Below, piece by piece: positions 16,629 to 28,228 of a stretch of 58,947 bases of DNA; position 1 is the first letter of the stretch; each line of letters opens with the position of its first letter. Source of the DNA: an uncultured Bacilli bacterium (GTDB taxonomy: Bacteria > Bacillota_I > Bacilli_A > RF39 > UBA660); contig CANRJV010000002.1 of NCBI GenBank assembly GCA_947631045.1, positions 1-58,947 on the forward strand. Direction: 5' to 3'. The notes beneath the pieces were generated by a model. That model had not been told where the DNA came from. It made no database searches and saw nothing but the letters and a program-made list of their open reading frames with translations. A program made the position numbers and the translations under genes.

Positions 16629-19145
16629 ATGTTAGAGAAAAAATATGATCATTTAAGTGTGGAGAAAGGTGTTTATGAATATTGGGAAAGCCATCATTAT
16701 TTTGAATGTGGTGATACTTCCAAAAAACCTTATTCAATTGTTATTCCCCCTCCAAATGTTACGGGAAAATTACATTTAGGTCATGCTTGGGATACGGCTT
16801 TACAAGATATTATTATTCGTTTTAAAAGAATGCAAGGTTATGACTGTTTGTGGCTTCCAGGAACTGACCATGCCGCAATTGCCACGGAAGCGAAAGTAGT
16901 TAACCGGCTAAAAGAACAAGGCATCAATAAATATGATTTAGGAAGAGAAGAATTCTTAAAAGAATGCTTTAAGTGGACTGATGAACATAAGGATATCATT
17001 CATAAACAATGGGCTAAACTAGGACTTTCAGTCGATTTAACGAAAGAAAGATTTACTTTAGATGAAGGATTATCGGAAGCAGTTCGTTATGTTTTTGTGA
17101 CTTTATATAATAAAGGATTAATCTATCAAGGTGAAAAAATAATTAACTGGGATCCTGTTGCGAAAACGGCATTATCTAATGAAGAAGTTATTTATAAAGA
17201 TGTTAAAGGGGCTTTTTATCATTTAAAATATTTTATTGAAGGAAATACAGATTATTTAGAAGTAGCAACTACGCGTCCGGAAACTTTATTTGGCGATACA
17301 GCCGTCGCCGTTAATCCAGATGATGAAAGATATAAAGATTTAATTGGAAAGAATGTTATTTTACCAATAGTTAATAAATTAATTCCAATCATTGGGGATG
17401 AACATGCTGATCCCGAATTTGGCACCGGTGTAGTTAAGATAACGCCAGCGCATGATCCTAATGACTATGAAGTTGGCTTAAGACATAATTTAGAGAGAAT
17501 AAAAGTTTTAAATGAAGATGGAACTATGAATGAGAATGCTTTAAAATATGAAGGTATGGATCGTTTTGAATGTCGAGAAGCCTTAATTAAAGATTTAGAA
17601 AAAGAGGGAATTTTAATTAAAATTGAAGAAATTACTCATTCCGTTGGCCATTCGGAAAGAACTAATGCCATGGTGGAACCATACTTATCTCGGCAATGGT
17701 TTGTCAATATGCAAGATTTATCCAAAAGGGTAGTCGAAAATCAAAAAAATAAAGATACTAAAGTTAATTTTATTCCGCCAAGATTTGAAAAAATTATGAA
17801 TAATTGGATGAGTGATTGTCATGATTGGTGTATTTCTCGTCAACTTTGGTGGGGGCATCAAATACCTGCTTGGTATCGGGGCGAAGAAGTATATGTTGGC
17901 ATGACGGCACCGGAAGGTGAAGGTTGGCATCAAGATGAAGATGTTCTAGATACTTGGTTTTCAAGTGCTTTATGGCCTTTTTCAACAATGGGATGGCCTA
18001 GTAATTTAGATTTATATAATCGTTATTTTCCAACGGATGTTTTAGTAACCGGTTATGATATTATTTTCTTCTGGGTTTGCCGGATGACATTCCAATCTTT
18101 AGAATTTACGGATAAAAGACCTTTTGAAAAATGTTTAATCCATGGTTTAATTCGGGATAAAGAAGGAAGAAAGATGAGCAAAAGTCTTGGTAATGGAGTA
18201 GATCCAATGGATATGATTGATACTTATGGTGCCGATGCTTTAAGATATTATCTAACTACTTCAACAGCACCCGGAATGGATTTAAGATTTGATGAAGAAA
18301 AATTAAAATCGACATGGAACTTTATTAATAAATTATGGAATGCCTCAAGATTTGTTTTAATGAATATTGAGGATGTTAAAGAAATTAAATTAGAAAATTT
18401 AAATAAAGCAGATAAATGGATTTTAACTAAATTAGAAAAAACCATTAAAGATGTAACTAAATACATGGAAAAAATGGAATTTAATAATGTTAATACCGTG
18501 ATTTATGCCTTTATTTGGAATGATTTTTGTGATAACTATATTGAAATGGCGAAGTTTAGTATTGAAGAAGAAAATACGAAGAGTACGCTTCTTTATACTT
18601 TAACTTGTATTTTAAAAATGCTTCATCCATTTATGCCTTATGTCACCAATGTCATTTATGATTATTTACCAGTTAGAGAAGAGAATATTATGATTAGTAC
18701 TTATCCTTTATATGATAAAAAATTAATTTTTGATAAAGAAGAAGAGGAAGTAGATGAAATAATTAATTTCATTAAAAATTATCGTACCACTGTAAAAGAA
18801 AATAATATTATGGGTAATTATCAAGTTAAAGTTAATTTTAAGGAAGACTTAATTATTAAAATGCTTAAATTACAAGAAAGATTAATAGATAAGAATGAAA
18901 ATATAACATCATTTAAAGTTAGTACCAAAAATTATGAAGGTATTATCTATTATGAAAAAGAAATTACGGAAGAGGATAAAAGATTACAAGAAAAACAAAT
19001 CACTGAATTAAAAGCCTCCATTGCCAAAAGAGAAGCCCTTCTTGCTAACAGCAATTTTGTAAGTAAGGCTCCCGCCGATTTAGTCGAAAAAGAAAAACTT
19101 AAATTAGAAGATGAAAAAAAAGAATTAGCTAAATTAGAAAGCTAA
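16629..19145 (+). CDS. valS: valine--tRNA ligase
   Basis: HIGH motif ([15 protein letters not shown]), KMSKS ([11 protein letters not shown]), C-terminal coiled coil. ATG 16629 with RBS GGAGG is preferred over the track start at 16617. Confidence 0.97.
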   Translation: MLEKKYDHLSVEKGVYEYWESHHYFECGDTSKKPYSIVIPPPNVTGKLHLGHAWDTALQDIIIRFKRMQGYDCLWLPGTDHAAIATEAKVVNRLKEQGINKYDLGREEFLKECFKWTDEHKDIIHKQWAKLGLSVDLTKERFTLDEGLSEAVRYVFVTLYNKGLIYQGEKIINWDPVAKTALSNEEVIYKDVKGAFYHLKYFIEGNTDYLEVATTRPETLFGDTAVAVNPDDERYKDLIGKNVILPIVNKLIPIIGDEHADPEFGTGVVKITPAHDPNDYEVGLRHNLERIKVLNEDGTMNENALKYEGMDRFECREALIKDLEKEGILIKIEEITHSVGHSERTNAMVEPYLSRQWFVNMQDLSKRVVENQKNKDTKVNFIPPRFEKIMNNWMSDCHDWCISRQLWWGHQIPAWYRGEEVYVGMTAPEGEGWHQDEDVLDTWFSSALWPFSTMGWPSNLDLYNRYFPTDVLVTGYDIIFFWVCRMTFQSLEFTDKRPFEKCLIHGLIRDKEGRKMSKSLGNGVDPMDMIDTYGADALRYYLTTSTAPGMDLRFDEEKLKSTWNFINKLWNASRFVLMNIEDVKEIKLENLNKADKWILTKLEKTIKDVTKYMEKMEFNNVNTVIYAFIWNDFCDNYIEMAKFSIEEENTKSTLLYTLTCILKMLHPFMPYVTNVIYDYLPVREENIMISTYPLYDKKLIFDKEEEEVDEIINFIKNYRTTVKENNIMGNYQVKVNFKEDLIIKMLKLQERLIDKNENITSFKVSTKNYEGIIYYEKEITEEDKRLQEKQITELKASIAKREALLANSNFVSKAPADLVEKEKLKLEDEKKELAKLES

Positions 19146-19150
19146 TTCTT

Positions 19151-19702
19151 TTATATTTCCCGCATTTTATCTTGATCTTTGAAAGGATTTTTCTTATCAA
19201 TCTTATCAACAAATAAGATGCCATTTAGATGATCCATTTCATGTTGAAAGGCCACAGATACTTCTTCTCTAACTCTTATTTCTTTTTTTTCACCATTTTC
19301 ATCTTGATAGCTAATGCGCATCCTTGCATATCTTGGCACAATTCCTTCAACTTCTCGGTTAACGGAAAGACATCCTTCACCTTCGCCAATATAGACTAAT
19401 TCTTCACTATGGCTAATCATTTTAGGATTAATAATGACATAGTTTTGAAACTTTTCTTCATCAACTTCTTCTACGATTACAAAAATATTTTTGGGAATTC
19501 CGAGTTGGATGAAAGCCAGTCCCATTCCTGGTCTTAAATTATATTTCGTATAATATTCTTCAATTTGACTCATGGTAAGATAGGTAATAATATCTTGAAT
19601 TCTTTTTTTATCTTCATTAGATAAAGGAAAAGTTACTTCTTTACTCGTTAATCTTAAAGTTTTATTTTTTTCATCTAATATTTTTAAATGAGGAACTTCC
19701 AT
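19151..19702 (-). CDS. def: peptide deformylase
   Basis: 183 aa with motifs GMGLAFIQLG, EGCLS and HEMDHL. Confidence 0.95.
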   Translation of the reverse strand: MEVPHLKILDEKNKTLRLTSKEVTFPLSNEDKKRIQDIITYLTMSQIEEYYTKYNLRPGMGLAFIQLGIPKNIFVIVEEVDEEKFQNYVIINPKMISHSEELVYIGEGEGCLSVNREVEGIVPRYARMRISYQDENGEKKEIRVREEVSVAFQHEMDHLNGILFVDKIDKKNPFKDQDKMREI

Positions 19703-19718
19703 TTAACTCATCCTTTCT

Positions 19719-20552
19719 TTAATCGTATAATTCTGGTCTTTCTTTTTTTATATATTTGCGGGTAAGGGTAGAACCATTTAAATTCTTAGAGGCCCTAAAG
19801 TATCCTTCAATTTCATTAATTCGGCTGAAAATAGCTTCTTTTTCTTCATCCGTAGGATTATCTTTTAGCTCGTTATATCGATGTTTTAACTCTAAACGTA
19901 AAGCTTCATCTGAAATTATAGTTTTGGAAGATTCTTCTTGGCGGTTGTCTTCTAGTTTTGTTATTCCTTTTTCCCTAGCATCTTTAGATGCAAATTTAGC
20001 TAGTATTCTTAAACGTAAATAATTAATTTTTCTTTCTTTAGTATTTGTAGGAGAATAGTAGATAAAATTTTTAATAAAATCTTTCATAACTTTTTTGAGT
20101 GTTTCTTTAGAGTAATCATCTAAAGTACCACCTGTCATGAGTTCATAATAAAGTCTCAAAAAGTGATGATCGATATCTTTGCTTGATTGAAATCTTCTGC
20201 GAAATTTGGCCATAAAATTAAGATCAAGAATATTGTTTAGATAATAATTTAGAAGAAAATCTAGTTTGAAAAAAGGAATTTCATATTTAAAACTAGGTTC
20301 CATAAAACCTCTGGGATATGCATACCTATTATCAAATTTGGCAATAACAATATGTTCATTCCATTCATTAGTATTTATTAATCCGGCATCTAAAAGAAAT
20401 GTTTTTAACTCTTCTTCATTATTAAATTTTTGACAGAAAGCATCGATACCTTGTAAATTTTTTTCATTACATTTATAACCAGGAATAAGTGAATATCCCT
20501 TAATTTCTCTTATCGTAATAGCGCTATGCCTACTGACTAAACCATACCTCAT
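19719..20552 (-). CDS. hypothetical protein
   Basis: 277-aa ORF with no motif I recognise. Possible weak resemblance to 37795-38445. Confidence 0.65.
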   Translation of the reverse strand: MRYGLVSRHSAITIREIKGYSLIPGYKCNEKNLQGIDAFCQKFNNEEELKTFLLDAGLINTNEWNEHIVIAKFDNRYAYPRGFMEPSFKYEIPFFKLDFLLNYYLNNILDLNFMAKFRRRFQSSKDIDHHFLRLYYELMTGGTLDDYSKETLKKVMKDFIKNFIYYSPTNTKERKINYLRLRILAKFASKDAREKGITKLEDNRQEESSKTIISDEALRLELKHRYNELKDNPTDEEKEAIFSRINEIEGYFRASKNLNGSTLTRKYIKKERPELYD

Positions 20553-20700
20553 AAAATCCCCTCTTATCTATGAAAATTATACCATATTTTCTTAATATTG
20601 TCAAATCAGTGTAAAATGATTGTTTTGAATATTGCCAATTTATGGCCGGTTTAGGTTTTTTATTTGGTAATTTTATGATATTATTATCTTGGTGTTATTT

Positions 20701-22503
20701 ATGCAAGAGAAGAAAATTCGTAATTTTTCTATAATTGCTCATATTGATCATGGTAAAAGCACTTTAGCTGATCGCATTTTAGAGTACACTGGTGCTGTAT
20801 CAAAAAGAGAGTTAAAAGATCAAATGCTTGATAGTATGGATATTGAAAGAGAAAGAGGAATTACGATTAAACTTAATACAGTTAAATTAAAATATAATTA
20901 TCATAATGAAGATTATGTTTTAAATTTAATAGATACTCCGGGACATGTCGATTTTTCTTATGAAGTAAGTAGAAGTCTTGCGGCTTGTGAAGGGGCTGTT
21001 TTGGTCGTTGACGCAGCCCAAGGAATTGAGGCTCAAACTTTAGCGAATCTTTACTTGGCTTTAGAAAATGATTTAAAAATTATTCCGGTTATTAATAAAA
21101 TTGATTTACCTAATGCCGATATTCCGAAGGTTAAAAAAGAATTAGAAAATGTTTTAGGCTTTAAGGAAGAAGAAATTATTTTATGTAGCGGTAAAACAGG
21201 CGAAGGAGTTAAAGATTTATTAGATGCTATTGTGGAAAGAATTCCGGAACCCACTATTAATGAAGAAGCAAGTGTCAGAGCTTTAATTTATGATTCTTAT
21301 TTTGATAGCTATAAAGGAGTAGTTCTATTAATTAAAGTAGTTGATGGCATCATTAGAGTTAAAGATAAAATTAAAATGATGGCTACAAATAGAGTTTTTG
21401 AAGTAACCGAATTAGGAGTAAAAACACCAAAAGAAGAACTAGTAAATTCACTATCGAGTGGTGAAGTTGGCTTTTTGGTCGCTGCGATTAAAGATATTTC
21501 TAGTGTTCATGTTGGAGATACCATAACTTTAAGTGGGAAAGAGGCGAGTATTCCTTTAGATGGTTATAAACCAATGAAACCGATGGTTTATTCCGGAATT
21601 TATCCAATCGAATCGAATAAATATGAAGCTTTAAAAGAAGCCTTAAATAAATTAAAATTAAATGATGCTTCTTTAGTTTTTGAACCGGTTACTAGCGAAG
21701 CTTTAGGTTTTGGCTTTCATACGGGTTTTTTAGGCCTTTTGCATTCGGAAATAATTACGACAAGACTCGAGCGAGAATTTAATTTAGATATTGTCGTTAC
21801 ATCGCCAACCGTTGTCTATATTGCTTATCTTACTAAAGGAGAAGAGATTATCATTGATAATCCCAATAAAATGCCTACTCGGGAAAAAATTAGTAAGATA
21901 ACCGAACCTTATATTTATACTAATATTATTGCTCCTTCATCATACATTGGAAGCATTATGGAATTATGCCAAAACAAAAGAGGAATTTATAAAGCTATTG
22001 ATTATATTAATGATACCCGGGTTAATATTCATTATGAACTCCCTTTAGCGGAGGTCGTTTATGATTTTTATGATAAACTTAAAAGTCGCACCAATGGTTA
22101 TGCTTCCTTTGATTATGATTTAATTGGCTATAAAGAAAGTGATTTAGTTAAAATGGATATTTTACTCAATGGGGAAAAAGTAGATGCTTTATCGATGATT
22201 ATTCATAAAGATTTTGCTTATGCTAAAGGAAGATGGACTTGTGAAAAACTAAGAAGTGTTATCCCAAGGCAAATGTTTCAAGTATCTATCCAAGCTAGTA
22301 TTGGTTCCAAAATTATTGCGAGAGAAAATATTAGCGCCATGCGGAAAAATGTCTTAGCTAAGTGTTATGGTGGCGATGTTTCAAGGAAAAGGAAATTACT
22401 AGAAGCCCAAAAAGAAGGGAAAAAAAGAATGAAAATGGTCGGAAGAGTAGAAGTTCCAGCCGAAGCATTCTTAAGTATTTTAGGAAGTGATGAAAATGAA
22501 TGA
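20701..22503 (+). CDS. lepA: translation elongation factor 4 (LepA)
   Basis: G-domain [21 protein letters not shown]. LepA C-terminal domain. ATG 20701 preferred over the track start at 20689. Confidence 0.97.
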   Translation: MQEKKIRNFSIIAHIDHGKSTLADRILEYTGAVSKRELKDQMLDSMDIERERGITIKLNTVKLKYNYHNEDYVLNLIDTPGHVDFSYEVSRSLAACEGAVLVVDAAQGIEAQTLANLYLALENDLKIIPVINKIDLPNADIPKVKKELENVLGFKEEEIILCSGKTGEGVKDLLDAIVERIPEPTINEEASVRALIYDSYFDSYKGVVLLIKVVDGIIRVKDKIKMMATNRVFEVTELGVKTPKEELVNSLSSGEVGFLVAAIKDISSVHVGDTITLSGKEASIPLDGYKPMKPMVYSGIYPIESNKYEALKEALNKLKLNDASLVFEPVTSEALGFGFHTGFLGLLHSEIITTRLEREFNLDIVVTSPTVVYIAYLTKGEEIIIDNPNKMPTREKISKITEPYIYTNIIAPSSYIGSIMELCQNKRGIYKAIDYINDTRVNIHYELPLAEVVYDFYDKLKSRTNGYASFDYDLIGYKESDLVKMDILLNGEKVDALSMIIHKDFAYAKGRWTCEKLRSVIPRQMFQVSIQASIGSKIIARENISAMRKNVLAKCYGGDVSRKRKLLEAQKEGKKRMKMVGRVEVPAEAFLSILGSDENE

Positions 22504-23308
22504 GAATCTTGATTTAAAAGGTTTAACGATTCGCGTTGTTACTCTTTTTGTTAGAGGAAACTGTTCTTATGAGAGTACTGCTTCGTATTTAAATATTCCG
22601 GTATCACAAGTTGAAGAACGGGTAAATGATTGGCCAACTATTAAAAAAATATATCGGGAAAATAGTTCGCAAATTATTAAAATTATTGAGGAAAAAAGAA
22701 TAGAATATTTAACTGCTAAATTAGCATGTAAGGATAATATGCCCCATTTAAATTTAGCCTCTTTTTATCATGACGAAAATAAACAATATATATTTTTAAG
22801 GCATTTGGCTTTGACATTTCATCTTAAATTATATTCCTTAACTTATTTATTTCAAATAGCTCCGGATGTATTATATAAAAATTTAAAAAGATATAATCGC
22901 TCTAATATTGAATCTTTGAACTATCTTTTTGGAGCGGATACTTCCAATCAAGAATTAGCTGTATCTACAGTTTTAGATTATTGTGAGGCTCTATCGGAAG
23001 CTTTAAAAGGGCGAAATCAAGAAGAAATATTTAAACTCATTCATCAAATCGATGATTATTATCCTAAAATAATCAAAAAGAAAAAAGATGAGAATAATGA
23101 TATAATTTTATCTTTAGAAGAAATTATTTATATTTTAAGATATCAAATTAAATATCATCTTTCTTATACCCAAATTAGTAAAACTTTTCATATTAGTCGA
23201 ACTATATATTCGAAAAAAACTAGGAAATATGTTGAAGATAAACCAAAATTACAGGAACAATATAAAAGCGTGGTGGATTATTACGATCCCCAAAGAGGAC
23301 GTAAGTAA
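22487..23308 (+). CDS. hypothetical protein with two putative HTH segments, inserted between lepA and hemW
   Basis: 273 aa. [20 protein letters not shown] and [19 protein letters not shown] look like HTH units. Overlaps the lepA stop and is coupled to the hemW start (TAATG). Confidence 0.65.
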   Translation: MMKMNENLDLKGLTIRVVTLFVRGNCSYESTASYLNIPVSQVEERVNDWPTIKKIYRENSSQIIKIIEEKRIEYLTAKLACKDNMPHLNLASFYHDENKQYIFLRHLALTFHLKLYSLTYLFQIAPDVLYKNLKRYNRSNIESLNYLFGADTSNQELAVSTVLDYCEALSEALKGRNQEEIFKLIHQIDDYYPKIIKKKKDENNDIILSLEEIIYILRYQIKYHLSYTQISKTFHISRTIYSKKTRKYVEDKPKLQEQYKSVVDYYDPQRGRK

Positions 23309-24399
23309 TGGAATCTTCATCGAGTGTTTATATTCATATTCCTTTTTGTAAAAATATTTGTAGTTATTGTGATTTTTGTAAAGTTTTATATAATTCGGAA
23401 TGGGCGCAAGTTTATTTAAAAAAGTTAGAAGCAGAGATAAAAGAAAATTACATGGGAGAAGAGATTAGAACCATTTATATTGGGGGTGGTACTCCCAGTG
23501 CTTTATCTTTAAAAGAAATAGAATATTTACTGCATCTTACCAATCTTTTTCATAAAGAACATATGCAGGAATTTACTTTTGAATGTAATATTGAAGATAT
23601 AAAAGAAGAATTACTTTTACTTTTAAAAAAATATGGGGTTAATCGTTTAAGTATTGGAATTGAATCTTTTGATTCTGATAATTTAAAACTTATGAAAAGA
23701 ACTTTAGATTATGAAGATGTCAAAGAAAAAATTGCTTTGGCTAGAAGTTTAGGTTTTGATAATATTAATTTAGATTTAATTTATGCTTTGCCTCATGAAA
23801 AAATGAAGACTTTAAAAAATGATTTAAAAAATCTTCTTTCTTTAAAAGTAGAACATATTAGCACTTATAGCTTAATGATTGAAGATAATACTTACTTACG
23901 TTATCAAAAAATTCATAGTATTCCTGAAGAATTAGATGAAGAAATGTATTTTACAATTTGTCATATTTTAGAAAAATATGGCTATCACCATTATGAAGTA
24001 TCTAATTTTGCCCTTCCTGGTTATGAATCAAAGCATAATTTAGTCTATTGGCATAACAAGGAATATTATGGTTTTGGTTGTGGGGCTTCTGGTTACATTA
24101 GTGGGGTCAGATATGATAATACTCGTAGTTTATCCAATTATCTTAAAGGAGATATTCGCCTAAATACTGAGATACTTGCTAAAGAAGATATTATGGAATA
24201 TGAGCTTATTTTAGGACTTCGGTTATTAAAAGGTATTAATATTCGTCATTTTTATGAAAAGTTTGGTGTTAATATTCAAGATGTTTTTAATATTAAACCC
24301 CTTCTTAAAAATGAGGAACTTATTTACGAAGATGGTTATTTAAAAATAAATCCGGATTATATTTATGTTATGAATGAAATATTAAGGAAGTTAGTATAA
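23308..24399 (+). CDS. hemW: radical SAM heme chaperone HemW (HemN-like)
   Basis: 363 aa. YIHIPFCKNICSYCDF (CxxxCxxC), GGGTPS, HemN C-terminal domain. Confidence 0.92.
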   Translation: MESSSSVYIHIPFCKNICSYCDFCKVLYNSEWAQVYLKKLEAEIKENYMGEEIRTIYIGGGTPSALSLKEIEYLLHLTNLFHKEHMQEFTFECNIEDIKEELLLLLKKYGVNRLSIGIESFDSDNLKLMKRTLDYEDVKEKIALARSLGFDNINLDLIYALPHEKMKTLKNDLKNLLSLKVEHISTYSLMIEDNTYLRYQKIHSIPEELDEEMYFTICHILEKYGYHHYEVSNFALPGYESKHNLVYWHNKEYYGFGCGASGYISGVRYDNTRSLSNYLKGDIRLNTEILAKEDIMEYELILGLRLLKGINIRHFYEKFGVNIQDVFNIKPLLKNEELIYEDGYLKINPDYIYVMNEILRKLV

Positions 24400-24411
24400 A
24401 AAATATTAATA

Positions 24412-24438
24412 AAACCACAATATTACTAGTGGTTTTTT
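24412..24438 (+). terminator. rho-independent terminator after hemW
   Basis: AAACCAC/GTGGTTT stem followed by a T-run. Confidence 0.65.
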
Positions 24439-24837
24439 ATGATACATGATTTAAAAATTTTAAATGGAACATTAGAATTAAATTTTAATGAATATACTTA
24501 TTTTTATACGGTTACGGTTCCTGATGATGTTTCTTCTTTAGAATTTTCTTATAAATTAGCGGATGATACTTATGTCGAAATAAAAAATAATGACTTAGTA
24601 GAAGAAGAAAATACGGTAATCTTAGATGTTTATAATGTAAATGATGAAGCAACCTATACTTTTTTAGTTTATAAAAATAAAATTGAAGATGTAAGTGGAA
24701 TAGATAATTATATGAAATCTTTAGAAGTTGAGAGCATTGATACCTTAAATTTATATAAGGTGCAGATTTTAGCCATAAGTATTTTTTTAATGCTTGTTTT
24801 ATTATTTACTTTTATATTTCATAGAAAAAAGGCTTGA
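24439..24837 (+). CDS. C-terminally anchored protein with a cadherin-like beta-sandwich segment
   Basis: 132 aa. LKILNGTLELNFNEYTYFYTVTVPDDVSSLEF pattern. C-terminal TM ILAISIFLMLVLLFTFIF. Confidence 0.6.
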   Translation: MIHDLKILNGTLELNFNEYTYFYTVTVPDDVSSLEFSYKLADDTYVEIKNNDLVEEENTVILDVYNVNDEATYTFLVYKNKIEDVSGIDNYMKSLEVESIDTLNLYKVQILAISIFLMLVLLFTFIFHRKKA

Positions 24838-24881
24838 TTTTAATCATCTTTATGATTATATTATATATAGAGGTGGTTTTA

Positions 24882-25667
24882 GTGAAACATTTAGAAGCGC
24901 TTTTAATGAAAGATTTTAATTCTAAGTTTGGTTTCTTAAAAGGATTTATCCAAAATTACAAAGTTGCAAATGATGAAATAATTGTTGATTATGCCAATAT
25001 GTCAAAAACTAAAATTCCCTATACCTTGGAAAATGAGCAAAACATATTAAAGGAAATGAAAAGCCAAGTTGATCAATACGCTGAGCTTATAGGTCCTCTT
25101 GAAAAAAAACGTCGCAAATCTAAACAACATGCGATATTAGGGGTGATGAGCTCTTTATTATTTATTATTCCCTTATTTTTGGAAGCATATTATATTATTA
25201 TTCCCACTTTTTTTTCTGGCTTTACTATGTATATGCTGGAAATTTTCCTAATTTTGACATTAGGTACATCTTTACCAATGTATATTATGAAAAAACCCGT
25301 AATGGAATATTATATATTCCGAACTGTAATTAATGACTTTCAAAAAAATCGTCTCTTTTTTAAAAATGAGGCTTTATTAAACAATTTTGATCGCGATACT
25401 TCTCATATTTTTTCAGAAGTTTCTACTAAAACTGCGGAGTTTATTGCCCAACTTCCAGTAGAAAAACCCGTCTTTACAATGGAAAATTTTAAAAAAATTA
25501 ATATTGATGATTTAAATAAAATTATTGCTATCATCCAACAAGAAAGTCTTGCTTCAAAACCTGATTTAAATGTTGATCCAATATTACAACCACCGGAAGA
25601 CTTTTATACATCTTATAGTGACTCTCATTCTAATAAGACATTGGTTTTAAGAAAAAAACGATTTTAA
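24882..25667 (+). CDS. hypothetical multi-pass membrane protein
   Basis: GTG 24882 with RBS GAGGTGG is preferred over the track start at 24834. Hydrophobic segments lie in the middle of the ORF. Confidence 0.6.
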   Translation: MKHLEALLMKDFNSKFGFLKGFIQNYKVANDEIIVDYANMSKTKIPYTLENEQNILKEMKSQVDQYAELIGPLEKKRRKSKQHAILGVMSSLLFIIPLFLEAYYIIIPTFFSGFTMYMLEIFLILTLGTSLPMYIMKKPVMEYYIFRTVINDFQKNRLFFKNEALLNNFDRDTSHIFSEVSTKTAEFIAQLPVEKPVFTMENFKKINIDDLNKIIAIIQQESLASKPDLNVDPILQPPEDFYTSYSDSHSNKTLVLRKKRF

Positions 25668-25691
25668 GCATTATAAAATAGATGCATAATT

Positions 25692-25720
25692 ATCATTTAG
25701 TTTTACTAGATGATTTTTTT
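25692..25720 (+). terminator. rho-independent terminator
   Basis: ATCATTTAG/CTAGATGAT 9-bp stem (one G-U pair), 5-nt loop, T7. Confidence 0.65.
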
Positions 25721-25755
25721 ATAAAAAAATTCTAAAGAGAAGGAAATAATTTTAA

Positions 25756-25788
25756 ATCACTTAGTATAATTTACTAGGTGATTTTTTT
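25756..25788 (+). promoter_or_regulatory. second, related hairpin plus T-run overlapping the RBS and start of the GDPD gene
   Basis: ATCACTTAGT/ACTAGGTGAT 10-bp stem, 7-nt loop (contains TATAAT), T7. The 3' arm contains AGGTGA and the GTG at 25778. Confidence 0.45.
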
Positions 25789-26371
25789 GAAATTAATTAA
25801 GCATCGGGGATTTACAAATAAAAGTATTAAAGAGAATACTTATGATGGAATTATGAAAGCTTTTCTAGATCCTAAGTATGAAGGGGTGGAATTTGATGTC
25901 CGGGAAACATTAGACCATGAATTTATTTTATGTCATGATCCCATTATTAATAATAAACTTATTAAAGACGTTAAATACTCTGATTTACCTAAATATATAC
26001 CGAGGTTAAAAGACATTTTAAAAATAAAAACCTCGAAAATATTTTTAATGGAAATTAAAAATATCACGAGTTTTACTAAACTTATTAATTTATTAAATAA
26101 GTATCAATCGAAAAATATCTATGTAATGAGTTTTTCTAATAAAATAATTAATAAATTAAATACTCAATCAAAAACCTATAAAGTCGGAGTCTTAAATTAT
26201 ATTTTAAATACCAATAATAATTTACCCGATTTAGATTTTGTTTGTATATTAAATAATTTTTTAAATCAAAAATTAATACAAGATTTAAAACCTTTAGAGG
26301 TTTTCTCTTATGGCTTAATATCTTCTGCTACTGAATATAAATATCCTCAAGTGTTTTATATTGTTGATTAA
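25778..26371 (+). CDS. glycerophosphodiester phosphodiesterase (GDPD) family protein
   Basis: 197 aa. KHRGF...GVEFDVRET.DHEFILCHD fits the GDPD active-site region. The start is uncertain (GTG 25778 or TTG 25787). Confidence 0.7.
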   Translation: MIFLKLIKHRGFTNKSIKENTYDGIMKAFLDPKYEGVEFDVRETLDHEFILCHDPIINNKLIKDVKYSDLPKYIPRLKDILKIKTSKIFLMEIKNITSFTKLINLLNKYQSKNIYVMSFSNKIINKLNTQSKTYKVGVLNYILNTNNNLPDLDFVCILNNFLNQKLIQDLKPLEVFSYGLISSATEYKYPQVFYIVD

Positions 26372-26780
26372 CGATATCTTTTAAGACTTTTAATTTTATC
26401 TCGGTCGTATTCCATAACATGAGGATTAAATCTTAAAATTTCATTAGGGTAGGAGCCAAACATATTTTTATGAGTTGTTCTTTCGACTTCTAAAATACCT
26501 TTTTGAATTAAAGGATTAATCATCGACTCATATATAACTTGAATCCTTTTTTTATCATGTAAATGATTATAAGTACTGGCAAAATCTTTAACGCTTAAAA
26601 GACCATTCATGGAAAGTAAATATAAAAGGGTTTGATGGTCTTCAATAGTAAGTTTGTGTGGAGTAGATTTGGCGATTGAACTTAAGATATATTCTTTTTC
26701 TAATTCCGTGGCTACAGTTTTAAGCATATAATCAATAAAATAAGAAATATCTTTATATCTTTTGACCGTATCGAAAAAAG
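26368..26780 (-). pseudogene. C-terminal fragment of a Fic-domain gene split by IS200
   Basis: The reading frame continues upstream of the track ORF (FFDTVKRYKDISYFIDYMLKTVATELEKE...). This is collinear with the C-terminal wHTH region of the intact Fic protein at 32035-33090. Confidence 0.7.
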
Positions 26781-27375
26781 GGTTCAGGCCACGTGCTTTA
26801 GCACGTAAACCCTTGGAGGGTTTAGAGGCAATTTATTGCCGTTAAAAAGAAAAAGTGCTATAATAGCAGACCAAAGAAGGTGGGTTTGGGATGCGAAAAA
26901 GTAGCCACGTACAATACGATATACAATATCACATAGTATGGACAACAAAATATAGGTATAAAGTATTGGTAAATAAAATAGCTTTAAGGGCAAGAGAAAT
27001 AATAAGACAATGTTGTAATAGTATGGATGTAACAATAATAAAAGGGTCAGTAGGGAAAGACCATATACATATATTAGTATCATGTCCACCAAATTTAAGT
27101 GTTTCTAAGTTAGTACAACAAATAAAAGGGAAGACATCAAGAGTATTGTTAAATGAATATAAAGATTTAAAGAGAAGATACTGGGGACAACATTTGTGGT
27201 CAAGTGGCTACTTTTGTAGAAGTGTAGGAACAGTAACACAAGAAATAATAAAAGAATATATCGAAAATCAAGACGATGAATACGAAGAAACATTTAAAAT
27301 AGTAAATTAAGCGAGTTTACTCGCTAAATGTACTTCCAGTACCTGAAATAAGCCACGTACTTCCAGTGCGTGGTA
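26781..27375 (+). mobile_element. IS200-type insertion sequence (IS200/IS605 family, tnpA only)
   Basis: Encodes a Y1 transposase. Subterminal hairpins ACGTGC-ttta-GCACGT and AAACCC..GGGTTT lie on the left; GCGAG-ttt-CTCGC and CCACG...CGTGG on the right. Locally GC-rich. Ends are approximate. Confidence 0.8.
26891..27310 (+). CDS. tnpA: IS200/IS605-family Y1 (HUH) transposase TnpA
   Basis: 139 aa. YHIVWTTKYRYKVL, HIHILVS (HUH motif), conserved WSSGYF. Confidence 0.92.
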   Translation: MRKSSHVQYDIQYHIVWTTKYRYKVLVNKIALRAREIIRQCCNSMDVTIIKGSVGKDHIHILVSCPPNLSVSKLVQQIKGKTSRVLLNEYKDLKRRYWGQHLWSSGYFCRSVGTVTQEIIKEYIENQDDEYEETFKIVN

Positions 27376-28110
27376 GTTGACATCTAATATCACTTTATTA
27401 TAATCTTTACCATTTAAGGTAATACCTCGGTTAAAAATAATATAAGGATACGCTTTCTTTAAAAGCAAATACCACATTGATGTTGTTCTACTAGTTCTTC
27501 CATTAACATCAAAATAAGGATGAATATAAACAAAATAAAAATGTAATATTTGGCTTTTAATATATTCATCAGTAATATTTTCGCTAAAATCTAAATTATT
27601 TAAAAATTTAAAATAATCATTCATAAAAGAATCAATTAAGGCCTCGGGAATTCCTTGATCAGGTGAAACCGTTATATCACTACTATAAAAAATGTAAACA
27701 GGGCCATTTCGATAAAAATCGCCCATATGTTCTAGATCTTTTTCATTAAGAAGTCCCTTCGATAAAATGGCATATAATTCTTTTAGAGTATCTTTATTAA
27801 TGGGAGGTTCCCCTAAAATATAGTCATATCCATTATGTAAATTAACAATTCTTCTTTTTTGAAAACTATCTTGTTTATGTTCTTCATCATCAATGATTTC
27901 TTCTATTTCTTCGACATCATCAGGATAACCTTCAACTTGATTATTCGTTTTAACTTCATAACTACGCATTACTTTAGTCGCAAATTCCTTAGTGCATAAC
28001 TCCGGTTCATCACTAATAAATTTTTCTAAATTTTCTTTAGTTTCTAAAAATCTTTCATTACGAATTCTTATAGGCATACCATTTAAAAATTTAAGTGGTA
28101 AATTTTGCAT
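27374..28110 (-). pseudogene. N-terminal fragment of the Fic-domain gene; its 3' end runs into the IS200 right end
   Basis: Fic motif HPYFDVNGRTSR. After ...ILDVNY the ORF reads through IS-derived sequence (HALEVRGLFQVLEVHLASKLA*). ATG 28110 with RBS AAGGGGG is the likely start. Confidence 0.75.
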
Positions 28111-28228
28111 AAATAATCCCCCTTTAAATGTGCAAGTATTATAGCACTTTAATGTCAATAAGTAAACTGAGTAATTTAAAAACTACTTTTTTTAATGGTT
28201 TTAGTGTATAATTTAAGTAGGTGATTAT

